A DNA stretch of 64,000 nucleotides. Source: Escherichia coli. GTDB taxonomy: Bacteria; Pseudomonadota; Gammaproteobacteria; Enterobacterales; Enterobacteriaceae. Where the stretch lies: the NCBI RefSeq assembly GCF_003019035.1, contig NZ_CP027447.1. The stretch is one strand, 5' to 3'. The notes under the pieces are model-generated. The model was not told the origin of the DNA. It saw only the letters and a list, made by a program, of their open reading frames with translations, and did not search any database. Both the position numbers and the translations under genes were made by a program. This document shows, in pieces, positions 22,172-34,637 of this stretch (its first letter is position 1; each line of letters begins with the position of its first letter).

Positions 22172-23533
22172 ATGTTTAAACCGGAACTCCTTTCCCCGGC
22201 GGGAACGCTGAAAAATATGCGTTACGCTTTCGCTTATGGCGCAGATGCTGTTTATGCGGGCCAGCCGCGTTACTCCCTGCGTGTGCGCAACAACGAATTC
22301 AACCACGAAAATCTCCAGCTCGGCATCAATGAAGCCCACGCGCTGGGGAAAAAGTTTTATGTCGTGGTCAACATTGCACCGCACAACGCCAAGCTGAAAA
22401 CCTTTATCCGTGACCTGAAACCGGTGGTGGAGATGGGGCCGGATGCGCTGATTATGTCCGATCCAGGGCTGATTATGCTGGTGCGCGAGCACTTCCCTGA
22501 AATGCCGATCCACCTCTCGGTGCAGGCTAACGCCGTGAACTGGGCGACGGTGAAATTCTGGCAGCAAATGGGACTGACCCGCGTGATCCTCTCTCGCGAG
22601 CTGTCGCTGGAAGAGATTGAAGAGATCCGTAATCAGGTGCCGGGTATGGAGATCGAGATCTTCGTTCACGGTGCGCTGTGCATGGCCTACTCCGGTCGCT
22701 GCCTGCTCTCTGGCTATATCAACAAGCGCGACCCGAACCAGGGCACCTGCACCAACGCCTGCCGCTGGGAGTACAACGTCCAGGAAGGGAAAGAAGATGA
22801 CGTTGGCAACATCGTGCACAAGTACGAGCCGATTCCGGTGCAAAATGTTGAGCCGACGCTGGGCATCGGCGCGCCAACCGACAAAGTGTTTATGATCGAA
22901 GAAGCTCAGCGTCCGGGCGAGTATATGACTGCGTTTGAAGATGAGCACGGCACTTACATCATGAACTCGAAAGATCTGCGCGCTATCGCCCACGTTGAAC
23001 GCCTGACCAAAATGGGCGTGCATTCGCTGAAAATCGAAGGTCGTACAAAATCTTTCTACTATTGCGCACGCACCGCGCAGGTTTACCGTAAAGCTATCGA
23101 TGACGCAGCTGCGGGAAAACCATTCGATACCAGCCTGCTGGAAACTCTGGAAGGTCTGGCGCATCGTGGCTATACCGAAGGTTTCCTGCGTCGTCATACT
23201 CACGACGATTATCAGAACTACGAATACGGTTATTCAGTTTCTGACCGCCAGCAGTTTGTTGGTGAGTTTACCGGTGAGCGCAAGGGCGACCTCGCGGCGG
23301 TAGCGGTGAAAAATAAATTCTCCGTTGGCGACAGCCTTGAGCTGATGACGCCGCAAGGGAACATTAACTTTACCCTTGAGCATATGGAAAACGCCAAAGG
23401 TGAAGCTATGCCGGTCGCACCAGGCGATGGTTATACTGTGTGGATCCCGGTGCCGCAGGATCTTGAGCTAAATTACGCGCTGCTGATGCGTAATTTCTCC
23501 GGGGAAACCACGCGTAACCCCCACGGTAAGTGA
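22172..23533 (+). CDS. yegQ: U32-family peptidase-like protein YegQ (TrhP)
   Basis: 453-aa ORF starting MFKPELLSPAGTLKNMRYAFAYGADAVYAG; U32 family by remembered homology. Confidence 0.9.
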   Translation: MFKPELLSPAGTLKNMRYAFAYGADAVYAGQPRYSLRVRNNEFNHENLQLGINEAHALGKKFYVVVNIAPHNAKLKTFIRDLKPVVEMGPDALIMSDPGLIMLVREHFPEMPIHLSVQANAVNWATVKFWQQMGLTRVILSRELSLEEIEEIRNQVPGMEIEIFVHGALCMAYSGRCLLSGYINKRDPNQGTCTNACRWEYNVQEGKEDDVGNIVHKYEPIPVQNVEPTLGIGAPTDKVFMIEEAQRPGEYMTAFEDEHGTYIMNSKDLRAIAHVERLTKMGVHSLKIEGRTKSFYYCARTAQVYRKAIDDAAAGKPFDTSLLETLEGLAHRGYTEGFLRRHTHDDYQNYEYGYSVSDRQQFVGEFTGERKGDLAAVAVKNKFSVGDSLELMTPQGNINFTLEHMENAKGEAMPVAPGDGYTVWIPVPQDLELNYALLMRNFSGETTRNPHGK

Positions 23534-23617
23534 TTCATTTCGATTATTTTTCCCGGATGGAAAATTCTTAGAAACCGATCACATACAGCTGCATTTATTA
23601 AGGTTATCATCCGTTTC

Positions 23618-23704
23618 GCTGAAAAACATAACCCATAAAATGCTAGCTGTACCAGGAACCACCTCCTTAGCCTGTGTAATCTCCCTTACACGGGCTTATT
23701 TTTT
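23618..23704 (+). ncRNA. cyaR: CyaR (RyeE) Hfq-dependent sRNA
   Basis: Sequence GCTGAAAAACATAACCCATAAAATGCTAGCTGTACCAGGAACCACCTCCTTAGCCTGTGTAATCTCCCTTACACGGGCTTATTTTTT matches CyaR as I remember it, including the terminator hairpin and U-tail. Confidence 0.85.
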
Positions 23705-23861
23705 ATACATAAGCCGTATCCTGGTAACCGTCTTCCATTGACCACATCGATAGAATCTCCCCTCATAGCACGATGCCTTTCACTTATTGGCATCGTGCTC
23801 GCACAGGTTCCGGTTACGCACAGCCAGAACGCGCATGTTTGACGCTTACCAAAAAATATTC

Positions 23862-24179
23862 TCACTCTCCACATTTGAATGTCAGACGAGCGACGCCATG
23901 TAATCCTGCACCTTCTGTCTTCAGGTCAACTATCTGCATTTTTTTTCCCTGAGTAACACAGAAATGAACTGCATCATTTTTTACTATATTTTCTGCACCA
24001 GATATTCTACCCCTGGCTAAAGAAGCTTCGGCTTCGGTGTAGTATTGGTTATCGAGTTTACGCTGGATATTACTTTTATAGGCAAGACCGAATTTACCGA
24101 TACTTGTCTCATCATTATGCACAGCACAACCAGACATAAGAAAAACACTAATTAATGATATAGCAGCTATCTTTTTCAT
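23862..24179 (-). CDS. yegR: Putative lipoprotein YegR
   Basis: 105 aa from the internal ATG (MKKIAAISLISVFLMSGCAV), with a signal peptide and lipobox-like MSGC. The ORF track extends to 24239. Confidence 0.8.
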   Translation of the reverse strand: MKKIAAISLISVFLMSGCAVHNDETSIGKFGLAYKSNIQRKLDNQYYTEAEASLARGRISGAENIVKNDAVHFCVTQGKKMQIVDLKTEGAGLHGVARLTFKCGE

Positions 24180-24593
24180 CTTACCTTCCCCCATTAAATA
24201 CCAACGACACGCTCTGGTGTTTAAATATAATAATGGCATGATTATTATATTTGAATAGGATTATAATAAATGTTCTGTACAACATTTCCTACATAAGTAG
24301 GAATTACATACACGGATGCCCTTCCGGGTAACCCCATGGGGGGGTTAATATATTTTTAATAGTATATTGAAGATGCCACTGTTTAGTTGAATATTAGGTA
24401 TATGCTCTTTTTTGAAATTTATCGGTGGCTGCCGTTAGTATTCGCTGTCCCCATTGCAAGCTCCTGGTGGTAACCACTGAATCTTCCATACTTGAACTGA
24501 CTTTTTATCCTCCGACTTTCATCCTGTTCTGACTCTACCTTTTCTTTTCTGCTCTACACTATCTACAGACCAATCATAAAGGCACATACGATC

Positions 24594-25493
24594 ATGGCAG
24601 AATTTCCCGCCAGCTTACTGATTCTTAATGGCAAAAGTACTGACAATCTACCCCTGCGCGAAGCAATTATGCTGTTGCGTGAGGAAGGAATGACGATCCA
24701 TGTGCGGGTCACCTGGGAGAAAGGCGATGCCGCACGATATGTAGAGGAGGCCCGGAAGTTGGGCGTCGCAACGGTGATTGCCGGTGGTGGCGATGGCACC
24801 ATTAATGAAGTTTCTACGGCGTTGATTCAGTGTGAGGGGGATGACATACCCGCGCTGGGAATTTTGCCATTAGGAACCGCCAATGATTTTGCCACCAGTG
24901 TAGGGATTCCTGAGGCACTGGATAAGGCGCTGAAACTGGCAATTGCCGGTAACGCCATTGCGATAGATATAGCGCAGGTCAACAAACAAACCTGTTTTAT
25001 TAATATGGCGACAGGCGGATTTGGGACGCGTATTACCACAGAAACGCCGGAAAAATTAAAAGCCGCGCTGGGTGGCGTCTCTTACATCATTCATGGCTTA
25101 ATGCGCATGGATACTCTGCAACCGGACCGTTGTGAAATCCGCGGTGAAAACTTTCACTGGCAAGGTGACGCCCTGGTCATTGGTATTGGTAACGGGCGTC
25201 AGGCTGGTGGCGGTCAGCAATTGTGCCCGAACGCGTTAATTAACGATGGCTTGCTGCAACTGCGCATTTTTACCGGCGATGAAATTCTTCCGGCTCTCGT
25301 ATCAACCTTAAAATCTGACGAAGATAACCCGAATATTATCGAAGGCGCTTCGTCGTGGTTTGATATACAAGCCCCACACGAAATCACTTTTAATCTTGAT
25401 GGCGAACCGTTGAGTGGGCAAAACTTCCATATTGAAATACTTCCGGCGGCGTTGCGTTGTCGATTACCACCAGATTGTCCATTATTGCGTTAA
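24594..25493 (+). CDS. yegS: Lipid kinase YegS (DAG-kinase catalytic-domain family)
   Basis: 299-aa ORF with the GGDGT motif ([12 protein letters not shown]). Confidence 0.9.
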   Translation: MAEFPASLLILNGKSTDNLPLREAIMLLREEGMTIHVRVTWEKGDAARYVEEARKLGVATVIAGGGDGTINEVSTALIQCEGDDIPALGILPLGTANDFATSVGIPEALDKALKLAIAGNAIAIDIAQVNKQTCFINMATGGFGTRITTETPEKLKAALGGVSYIIHGLMRMDTLQPDRCEIRGENFHWQGDALVIGIGNGRQAGGGQQLCPNALINDGLLQLRIFTGDEILPALVSTLKSDEDNPNIIEGASSWFDIQAPHEITFNLDGEPLSGQNFHIEILPAALRCRLPPDCPLLR

Positions 25494-25530
25494 TCAAACT
25501 ATTCTCTGTTGAACCAGGGAGAATCCGTAA

Positions 25531-25566
25531 TGCCGGATGCGGTGTAAACACCTTATCCGGCATACA
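25531..25566 (+). repeat. REP element
   Basis: TGCCGGATGCGGTGTAAACACCTTATCCGGCATAC, between convergent yegS and gatR. Confidence 0.75.
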
Positions 25567-25574
25567 GAACAATA

Positions 25575-26354
25575 CTACACCGTAATTAATTTTACCCGTG
25601 TCTTCTGCAATGCCAGTTTATCCACCTCAGACACAGCATCATCGGTAATAATAATGTCAATTTTTTCGATTGGCAGTACCTGATTAAAACCGCGACGATT
25701 AAATTTCGATGAATCGAGAACGGCAATCACTTTATTTGCGGCTGTGACCATCGCCCCGCTAATCGAATAGCCTTCATTAAAGGTCGTAATACCATTAACC
25801 GCATCAATACCATCAGCACCGACAAACATTAAATCGGCATTAATATCCTGCAATGAACGCTCAGCAATGGAGCCATGCATCGAGCGCGTTTTATGGCGGA
25901 CCGTGCCACCGCAGACGACCAGAGTAATGTCTTTATTTTCGGAAAGGGCAAATGCTGCCGGGAGACTGTTGGTAATCACCGTGATATTTTTGGCGGTCAT
26001 TAATCCTTCGGCGATAAGCATTGTCGTACTTCCGCTGTCGAGAATAACGGTCATCCCTTCGTGGATCATTTTGACTGCCGCCTGCGCTATTCTGTTTTTT
26101 GGCGCGCTGGCGAGCTGAAATCGCTCTTTAAACCCGACTTCCTGGGTCTCGGTTTCACTATTACCGGACATTATTTTCGCCGCACCGCCATGAAAGCGCG
26201 TAACCACGCCTTTTTGTTCGAGAAAGCGCAAATCGGCACGGATTGTCGCTTCCGAGGCAGCAAATACTCCCGCCAGATCCTGAACAAGCACGGTTCCCTG
26301 TTCATTCACTAATTGGATGATCTTATTCCTTCGCTCGAATGAATTCATCGTCAT
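25575..26354 (-). CDS. gatR: DeoR-family repressor of the galactitol operon GatR (uninterrupted)
   Basis: 259-aa continuous ORF with an N-terminal HTH (IIQLVNEQGTVLVQDLAGVFAASEATIRADLRFLE) and a DeoR C-terminal sugar-phosphate-binding domain. Confidence 0.85.
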   Translation of the reverse strand: MTMNSFERRNKIIQLVNEQGTVLVQDLAGVFAASEATIRADLRFLEQKGVVTRFHGGAAKIMSGNSETETQEVGFKERFQLASAPKNRIAQAAVKMIHEGMTVILDSGSTTMLIAEGLMTAKNITVITNSLPAAFALSENKDITLVVCGGTVRHKTRSMHGSIAERSLQDINADLMFVGADGIDAVNGITTFNEGYSISGAMVTAANKVIAVLDSSKFNRRGFNQVLPIEKIDIIITDDAVSEVDKLALQKTRVKLITV

Positions 26355-26453
26355 TTACCCATATTCAATTGTGGCTAGTGTAAACGAAGGGGGACCATTG
26401 GTGAATGATCTGTTTTGCACAATACCGGGCCAGCATCACGCTGGCCCGCGGTT

Positions 26454-27494
26454 TCAGGGAATGAGCAACACTTTGCCCGGCATAGCATTACGAGCGATGT
26501 CACGCACCGCCTGGGCGAAGCTTTCAAAGCTTCCACGGTGAGCGATTAATGGCTCCAGGCTTAACTTACGTTCTGTCAGCAACCGGCTCGCCGTTTCCCA
26601 CTCCTGCCCCGGCCAAGGGCTGGAGTAGTTCATCCAACTGCCAATCACCGTCAGCTCTTTACGCAATATTTTGCCAAACGTTGCCGATGTTAAATGCAGA
26701 TCCTGATGCAACGTGCCCACCAGCGCCAGTTGGGCATGAGGACCGGCAATCTCTACCGCCAGTTCGACGGTTTGCGGGACGCCAGCCGTCTCGAGGATAA
26801 GCTGATTAAAGCGCAGCTCGCGTAAAACGCCCTGTATTTGCGGCGCGCTCATTTCACGGCTGTTAAATGTTTGCATCGCACCGAAAGATTTTGCCAGTGC
26901 CAGTTTTTCTGAGCTAATGTCGATAGCCGTCACACTCTTTGCTCCCAGCGCGACAGCGCACTGAATTGCCAGCAGGCCAATGGTTCCGGCACCAATAATA
27001 ATAACGTTTTTATTCTCACATCCTTGCGCTAAATGGAACGCATGCAGGCCAACGGTAATCGGTTCAATAAAAGCGCCATCCTCAATAGGCATATCCGCAG
27101 GTAGTGCAAAGACATTGTTTCGCTTAACGACAATATATTCGGCAAATCCACCATCACGCCGTGAGCCAATAAAATCATATTTTGCGCACTGGGAATAAAA
27201 CCCTTTCAGACACTCTGGACAAGTAAAACAGGGTAATAACGGCACACAGGCAACCGCATCGCCGGGATGTAAATCATCAATACCGGATCCCACCGCATCA
27301 ATATAGCCGCTAAATTCATGGCCTAACGTTATTGGATAATAATGTGCACCATTTTTAAATATCCTGGGTAAATCGGAACCACATAAGCCCGAGCTGGCAA
27401 TTTTTACCCGCACCTCATCCTGATGTTTAATTTCAGGAATGACGCTTTCTGCTACGCGCACGATACCATCAGTATCATTCACCACTGATTTCAT
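26454..27494 (-). CDS. gatD: Galactitol-1-phosphate 5-dehydrogenase
   Basis: 346-aa Zn-dependent medium-chain dehydrogenase with a GAGTIGL Rossmann motif. Confidence 0.9.
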   Translation of the reverse strand: MKSVVNDTDGIVRVAESVIPEIKHQDEVRVKIASSGLCGSDLPRIFKNGAHYYPITLGHEFSGYIDAVGSGIDDLHPGDAVACVPLLPCFTCPECLKGFYSQCAKYDFIGSRRDGGFAEYIVVKRNNVFALPADMPIEDGAFIEPITVGLHAFHLAQGCENKNVIIIGAGTIGLLAIQCAVALGAKSVTAIDISSEKLALAKSFGAMQTFNSREMSAPQIQGVLRELRFNQLILETAGVPQTVELAVEIAGPHAQLALVGTLHQDLHLTSATFGKILRKELTVIGSWMNYSSPWPGQEWETASRLLTERKLSLEPLIAHRGSFESFAQAVRDIARNAMPGKVLLIP

Positions 27495-27540
27495 AAAAAC
27501 TCCTGATTGTTAAGGGGATAACCTCCCCCTCAGGTAAAAA

Positions 27541-28896
27541 TTATTCTGCGAGAACGGCTTTCTCTTGTTTAATAAAACCACGCGCTCTACGCCAGGTCAT
27601 GAAAATACCGGTCAGATAAATTGCGCCGATAATAATGAAACCGGGAATATTTTGCGGGGAGAAAACCTGAATCAGTAACCAGGTAATGGGAGAACCGCCC
27701 TGATCCATTGAAGCCACCATACCCCCGGCTTTTAACGCGCCCGCATTAGCCGCCAGTTGGGTGTGCAAACCAATAGTTTGCGTCGCGATCCACAGGGTGA
27801 TGCTCATAATGATGACACCCGAGATTAAGGTGCGGAACAGATTTCCACGATGCACCGCGACCGCCATCGCCACAAAGAAGCCGATGGTGGCAAGGTCGCC
27901 AAACGGCAGCACCTGATTACCCGGCACACAAACAGCAATTAAAATGGTGAGCGGGATAAAAATCAGGCTTGCCGATACCACCGCCGTATGCCCCAGCAGT
28001 AATGCGGGATCCAGGCCAATCAGGAACTCCTGACCGCCGAACTTCGCCTGTAAACGACTACGGGCCTGCTTAGCGATGGGCGTTAAACCATCCATGATGG
28101 GTTTAATCACCCGTGGCATCAGCAGCATAACCGCCGCCGTTTTTACCGCCAGCTGCAATACACCTTTGACATCGTAACCCGCGAGGATGCCGATAATCAG
28201 CCCCATCACAAAACCCACGGTGACAGGCTCGCCAAACGGACCAAATTTGCGCTGAATATCGTCGGCACTAAATTTAATTCGGTTAACGCCTGGGATTTTC
28301 TCGATGATAGCATCCACCAGCACCGCAATTGGCCCCATATACGCCGACGTACCGTGCGGGATGGCAATGCCTTCCAGCTCAAAGAAATTTCGGGTATCGC
28401 GGGCAAACCAGTCGCCGAGCTTATAAACAAACGCCGCGTGAATTACCACACCCGCCATCCCTATCATCCATGAACCGGTTGCCAGATGCAGCAACGCGCC
28501 GGTGAAGGTCATATGCCAGATATTCCAGATATCAACATTTACCACCCGCGTCATACGGGTCAGTAACATCGCCACGTTAACCAGAATCGCAATCGGAATC
28601 GCCACCAGCGCAATTTGCGACGCCCAGGTCATGGGTGAAGAGCCCGGCCAGCCGACATCGACCACATGCAGATTCAGGTCGAAATTTTCCGCCATCGCTT
28701 TCGCCGCCGGACCAATGGAATCCAGCATTAAGCCAATCACAAGGCCAATGCCAACAAAGCCAATCCCGATATGCAGACCCGCTTTAAAGCAATCGCCTGC
28801 CTTCATGCCTAATATTTTAGAAAAAATAATGATGACAATCGGCAGCATCACCGTAGGGCCGAGGTCGAGAATATAACGCATGACTTCTGAAAACAT
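27541..28896 (-). CDS. gatC: PTS galactitol-specific EIIC
   Basis: 451-aa polytopic membrane protein in gat operon context. Confidence 0.9.
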   Translation of the reverse strand: MFSEVMRYILDLGPTVMLPIVIIIFSKILGMKAGDCFKAGLHIGIGFVGIGLVIGLMLDSIGPAAKAMAENFDLNLHVVDVGWPGSSPMTWASQIALVAIPIAILVNVAMLLTRMTRVVNVDIWNIWHMTFTGALLHLATGSWMIGMAGVVIHAAFVYKLGDWFARDTRNFFELEGIAIPHGTSAYMGPIAVLVDAIIEKIPGVNRIKFSADDIQRKFGPFGEPVTVGFVMGLIIGILAGYDVKGVLQLAVKTAAVMLLMPRVIKPIMDGLTPIAKQARSRLQAKFGGQEFLIGLDPALLLGHTAVVSASLIFIPLTILIAVCVPGNQVLPFGDLATIGFFVAMAVAVHRGNLFRTLISGVIIMSITLWIATQTIGLHTQLAANAGALKAGGMVASMDQGGSPITWLLIQVFSPQNIPGFIIIGAIYLTGIFMTWRRARGFIKQEKAVLAE

Positions 28897-28899
28897 AGG

Positions 28900-29184
28900 T
28901 CACCCCTGTAAGATAGTCAGAATTTTATTTTGTAATGCTTCGATACCGACACCAGAAACAAAAGGCATGCCGTGAACTAACGGAATATCGCCAAAACTAC
29001 GATCCACCCTGGCCGTGGTGCATATCAAATGCACGCCATCCATATAGGTTTCTATTTCATTAACCCGACACTGGATTAATTCAACAGGAATATTATGACT
29101 CTGACACAACTCTTTAATTTCTTCCGCCGCCATCGTGGAGGTCGCAACCGCGCCTCCGCAAGCGACAATAATCTTGCGTTTCAT
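28900..29184 (-). CDS. gatB: PTS galactitol-specific EIIB
   Basis: 94-aa ORF with a Cys-containing N-terminus ([12 protein letters not shown]). Confidence 0.9.
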
Positions 29185-29214
29185 AAACAGTCCTTTTTAT
29201 TGTTACAGAGGGAT

Positions 29215-29667
29215 TTATTCGTCTGAATCTAAAACATACTTTGTGAAGTATTCCTTTAACTGAGTTTCAGGAAGAGTAATTAGTGTCTCGACGATATCGG
29301 GCTGTTGTAACTTGCCAAATAAACAGCGTAAAAGTTTCAATTGCTGCTGCGGATTTTCCACAATCAACGCAATAACCAACGATACCGCCACGTCGTTATC
29401 ATCATCCGCTTGCTGAAAATGAACTTTATTTGTTGGCCTTAACAGATAAATGGCTGACGACTTAGCATGAATCGCCTCACAATGCGGTATTGCAATGGCG
29501 TGCTGCTCAAGCATTATCCCGGTAGGGAATTCTGCTTCTCTGGCAATTAATGCCTGTGGCCAGGTATCATGAACCACACCTTTCGCGAGCATCTCATTAC
29601 CGATATGGGCTAAAACTTCGCTACGATCGACAAAAGAAATTCCGCTACGAACAAACAGGTTAGTCAT
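29215..29667 (-). CDS. gatA: PTS galactitol-specific EIIA
   Basis: 150-aa ORF in operon context. Confidence 0.9.
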   Translation of the reverse strand: MTNLFVRSGISFVDRSEVLAHIGNEMLAKGVVHDTWPQALIAREAEFPTGIMLEQHAIAIPHCEAIHAKSSAIYLLRPTNKVHFQQADDDNDVAVSLVIALIVENPQQQLKLLRCLFGKLQQPDIVETLITLPETQLKEYFTKYVLDSDE

Positions 29668-29676
29668 ATACCGTCC

Positions 29677-31876
<2,200 letters not shown>

Positions 31877-31936
31877 TCAAATGTCGAGATAACGATCACA
31901 AAAACGACAATGTGAAAATTAATCAGAATTACAGGC

Positions 31937-31966
31937 AAAAAAAACGGCCTCCCGTTAGGGAAGCCG
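31937..31966 (-). terminator. Rho-independent terminator downstream of fbaB
   Basis: Minus strand reads hairpin CGGCTTCCC-loop-GGGAGGCCG followed by a run of 8 T. Confidence 0.6.
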
Positions 31967-31987
31967 TAGCAAAGTGCGCGTGTTTTT

Positions 31988-32025
31988 ATGCCGGATGCAA
32001 CGTAAACGCCTTATCCGCCCTACGG
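31988..32025 (+). repeat. REP element
   Basis: ATGCCGGATGCAACGTAAACGCCTTATCCGCCCTACGG. Confidence 0.7.
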
Positions 32026-32050
32026 GGTAGTGCTGTTCGTATGAGGCGTA

Positions 32051-33103
32051 TCAGGCAATAGTAATTTTGCTATCGAGATAAACGTCCTGCACGGCGTTAA
32101 TCAGTTTCACGCCGTCAGCCATCGATTTCTTGAACGCCTTACGTCCAAGAATCAGCCCCATTCCGCCAGCGCGTTTGTTGATAACCGCAGTACGCACTGC
32201 ATCGCTGAGGTCAGTTTCACCGCCCGCAGCACCGCCGGAGTTTATCAACCCAGCCCGGCCCATATAGCAGTTAGCTAACTGATAACGCACCAGATCAATC
32301 GGGTTTTCGCTGGTCAATTTGCTGTAGACGCGATCGTCGGTATAACCGTAATTAATCGCTTTATAGCCGCCGTTATTTTCCGCCATTTTTTGTTTAACGA
32401 TATCTGCACCTATGGTCGCCGCCAGATGGTTTGCCTGACCGGTCAGGTCGGCGGAAACATGGTAATCAACGCCATCTTTCTTAAAGGCGGAGTTACGCAA
32501 ATAGGCCCACAGCACTGTCACCATGCCCAGCTCGTGCGCACGTTCAAAAGCCGCAGAAATTTCTTCAATCTGGCGACGTGACTCTTCCGAGCCAAAATAG
32601 ATAGTCGCCCCAACCGCCACCGCGCCCATATTGAACGCCTGCTCCACGCTGGCATACAGCGTTTGATCGTAGGTATTCGGGTAACTTAGCGTCTCGTTGT
32701 GATTAAGTTTGACGAGGAATGGAATGCGATGCGCGTAACGCCGCGATACCGATGCCAGCACGCCGTAAGTTGACGCCACGCAGTTACAGCCCGCTTCGAT
32801 CGCCAGTTCAACAATGTTTTTCGGGTCAAAGTAGAGCGGGTTAGCGGCAAATGAAGCTCCGGCAGAGTGCTCAACGCCCTGGTCAACCGGCAGAATAGAA
32901 AGATATCCTGTGCCAGCCAGACGCCCGGTGTTGTACAACGTCTGCATATTACGTAACACCGCTGGCGGGCGATTATTGTCAATCATCACGCGGTCTACGT
33001 AGTCATGTCCGGGGAGATAAAGCTGGTCAGAAGGAATAGTCATACAACGGTGCTGTAAAAGGTTGTCGGCGTCTTTGCCAAGCAACTGCGCAATATCTGT
33101 CAT
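32051..33103 (-). CDS. fbaB: Class I fructose-bisphosphate aldolase
   Basis: 350 aa from [18 protein letters not shown]. The ORF track extends 24 codons upstream. Confidence 0.9.
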
Positions 33104-33359
33104 TACTATGCTCCCGTAAATTCCGATTGGATATCGGCTATGGATTGTCCTGGCCCGCCTTTTGCGGGCAATCATAATCCTGGTCGTTACGGGCGAGTTT
33201 TTCCATCTTTTGGATGTTTTTTCAGCGTTTTCTGTTGGCTCGATTCATCAGAAAAAATGTTACAGCGGTCAAGCTTTCACCGCAAAGGTATTTAAAAGGT
33301 ATTATTAAGTGGTATTGTCATCGCGTACCTTACATTACCTGTCATGAAGGAATTAAAAG

Positions 33360-34637
33360 ATGAAAACAACAGCAAAGCTGTCGTTCATGATGTTTGTTGA
33401 ATGGTTTATCTGGGGCGCGTGGTTTGTGCCATTGTGGTTGTGGTTAAGTAAAAGCGGTTTTAGTGCCGGAGAAATTGGCTGGTCGTATGCCTGTACCGCC
33501 ATTGCGGCGATCCTGTCGCCGATTCTGGTTGGCTCCATCACTGACCGCTTTTTCTCGGCACAGAAAGTGCTGGCGGTATTGATGTTCGCTGGTGCGGTGC
33601 TGATGTATTTCGCTGCGCAACAGACCACTTTTGCCGGCTTCTTCCCGTTACTGCTGGCCTACTCGCTAACCTATATGCCGACCATTGCGCTGACTAACAG
33701 TATCGCTTTTGCCAACGTGCCGGATGTGGAGCGTGATTTCCCGCGCATTCGTGTGATGGGCACTATCGGCTGGATTGCCTCTGGTCTGGCATGTGGATTC
33801 TTGCCGCAAATGCTGGGTTATGCCGATATCTCACCGACGAACATCCCGCTGCTGATTACCGCCGGAAGTTCTGCTCTGCTTGGTGTGTTTGCGTTTTTCC
33901 TGCCCGACACGCCACCAAAAAGCACCGGCAAAATGGATATTAAAGTCATGCTCGGCCTGGATGCGCTGATCCTGCTGCGCGATAAGAACTTCCTCGTCTT
34001 TTTCTTCTGTTCATTCCTGTTTGCGATGCCACTGGCGTTCTATTACATCTTTGCCAACGGTTATCTGACCGAAGTTGGCATGAAAAACGCCACTGGCTGG
34101 ATGACGCTCGGCCAGTTCTCTGAAATCTTCTTTATGCTGGCATTACCGTTTTTTACCAAACGCTTTGGTATCAAAAAGGTATTATTACTTGGTCTGGTCA
34201 CCGCTGCGATCCGCTATGGCTTCTTTATTTACGGTAGTGCGGATGAATATTTCACCTACGCGTTACTGTTCCTCGGCATTTTGCTGCACGGCGTAAGTTA
34301 CGATTTTTACTACGTTACCGCTTACATCTATGTCGATAAAAAAGCCCCCGTGCATATGCGTACCGCTGCGCAGGGGCTGATCACGCTCTGCTGCCAGGGC
34401 TTCGGCAGTTTGCTCGGCTATCGTCTTGGCGGTGTGATGATGGAAAAGATGTTCGCTTATCAGGAACCGGTAAACGGACTGACTTTCAACTGGGCCGGGA
34501 TGTGGACTTTCGGCGCGGTGATGATTGCCATTATCGCCGTGCTGTTCATGATTTTTTTCCGCGAATCCGACAACGAAATTACGGCTATCAAGGTCGATGA
34601 TCGCGATATTGCGTTGACACAAGGGGAAGTTAAATGA
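33360..34637 (+). CDS. yegT: MFS nucleoside transporter family protein YegT
   Basis: 425-aa 12-TM ORF. Confidence 0.88.
   Translation: MKTTAKLSFMMFVEWFIWGAWFVPLWLWLSKSGFSAGEIGWSYACTAIAAILSPILVGSITDRFFSAQKVLAVLMFAGAVLMYFAAQQTTFAGFFPLLLAYSLTYMPTIALTNSIAFANVPDVERDFPRIRVMGTIGWIASGLACGFLPQMLGYADISPTNIPLLITAGSSALLGVFAFFLPDTPPKSTGKMDIKVMLGLDALILLRDKNFLVFFFCSFLFAMPLAFYYIFANGYLTEVGMKNATGWMTLGQFSEIFFMLALPFFTKRFGIKKVLLLGLVTAAIRYGFFIYGSADEYFTYALLFLGILLHGVSYDFYYVTAYIYVDKKAPVHMRTAAQGLITLCCQGFGSLLGYRLGGVMMEKMFAYQEPVNGLTFNWAGMWTFGAVMIAIIAVLFMIFFRESDNEITAIKVDDRDIALTQGEVK

Noticed and set aside
22130-23203. 357-aa ORF on the minus strand
   Set aside because: It lies entirely antisense to yegQ, whose product has a recognisable conserved N-terminus; it has no RBS and is explained as a chance open frame.
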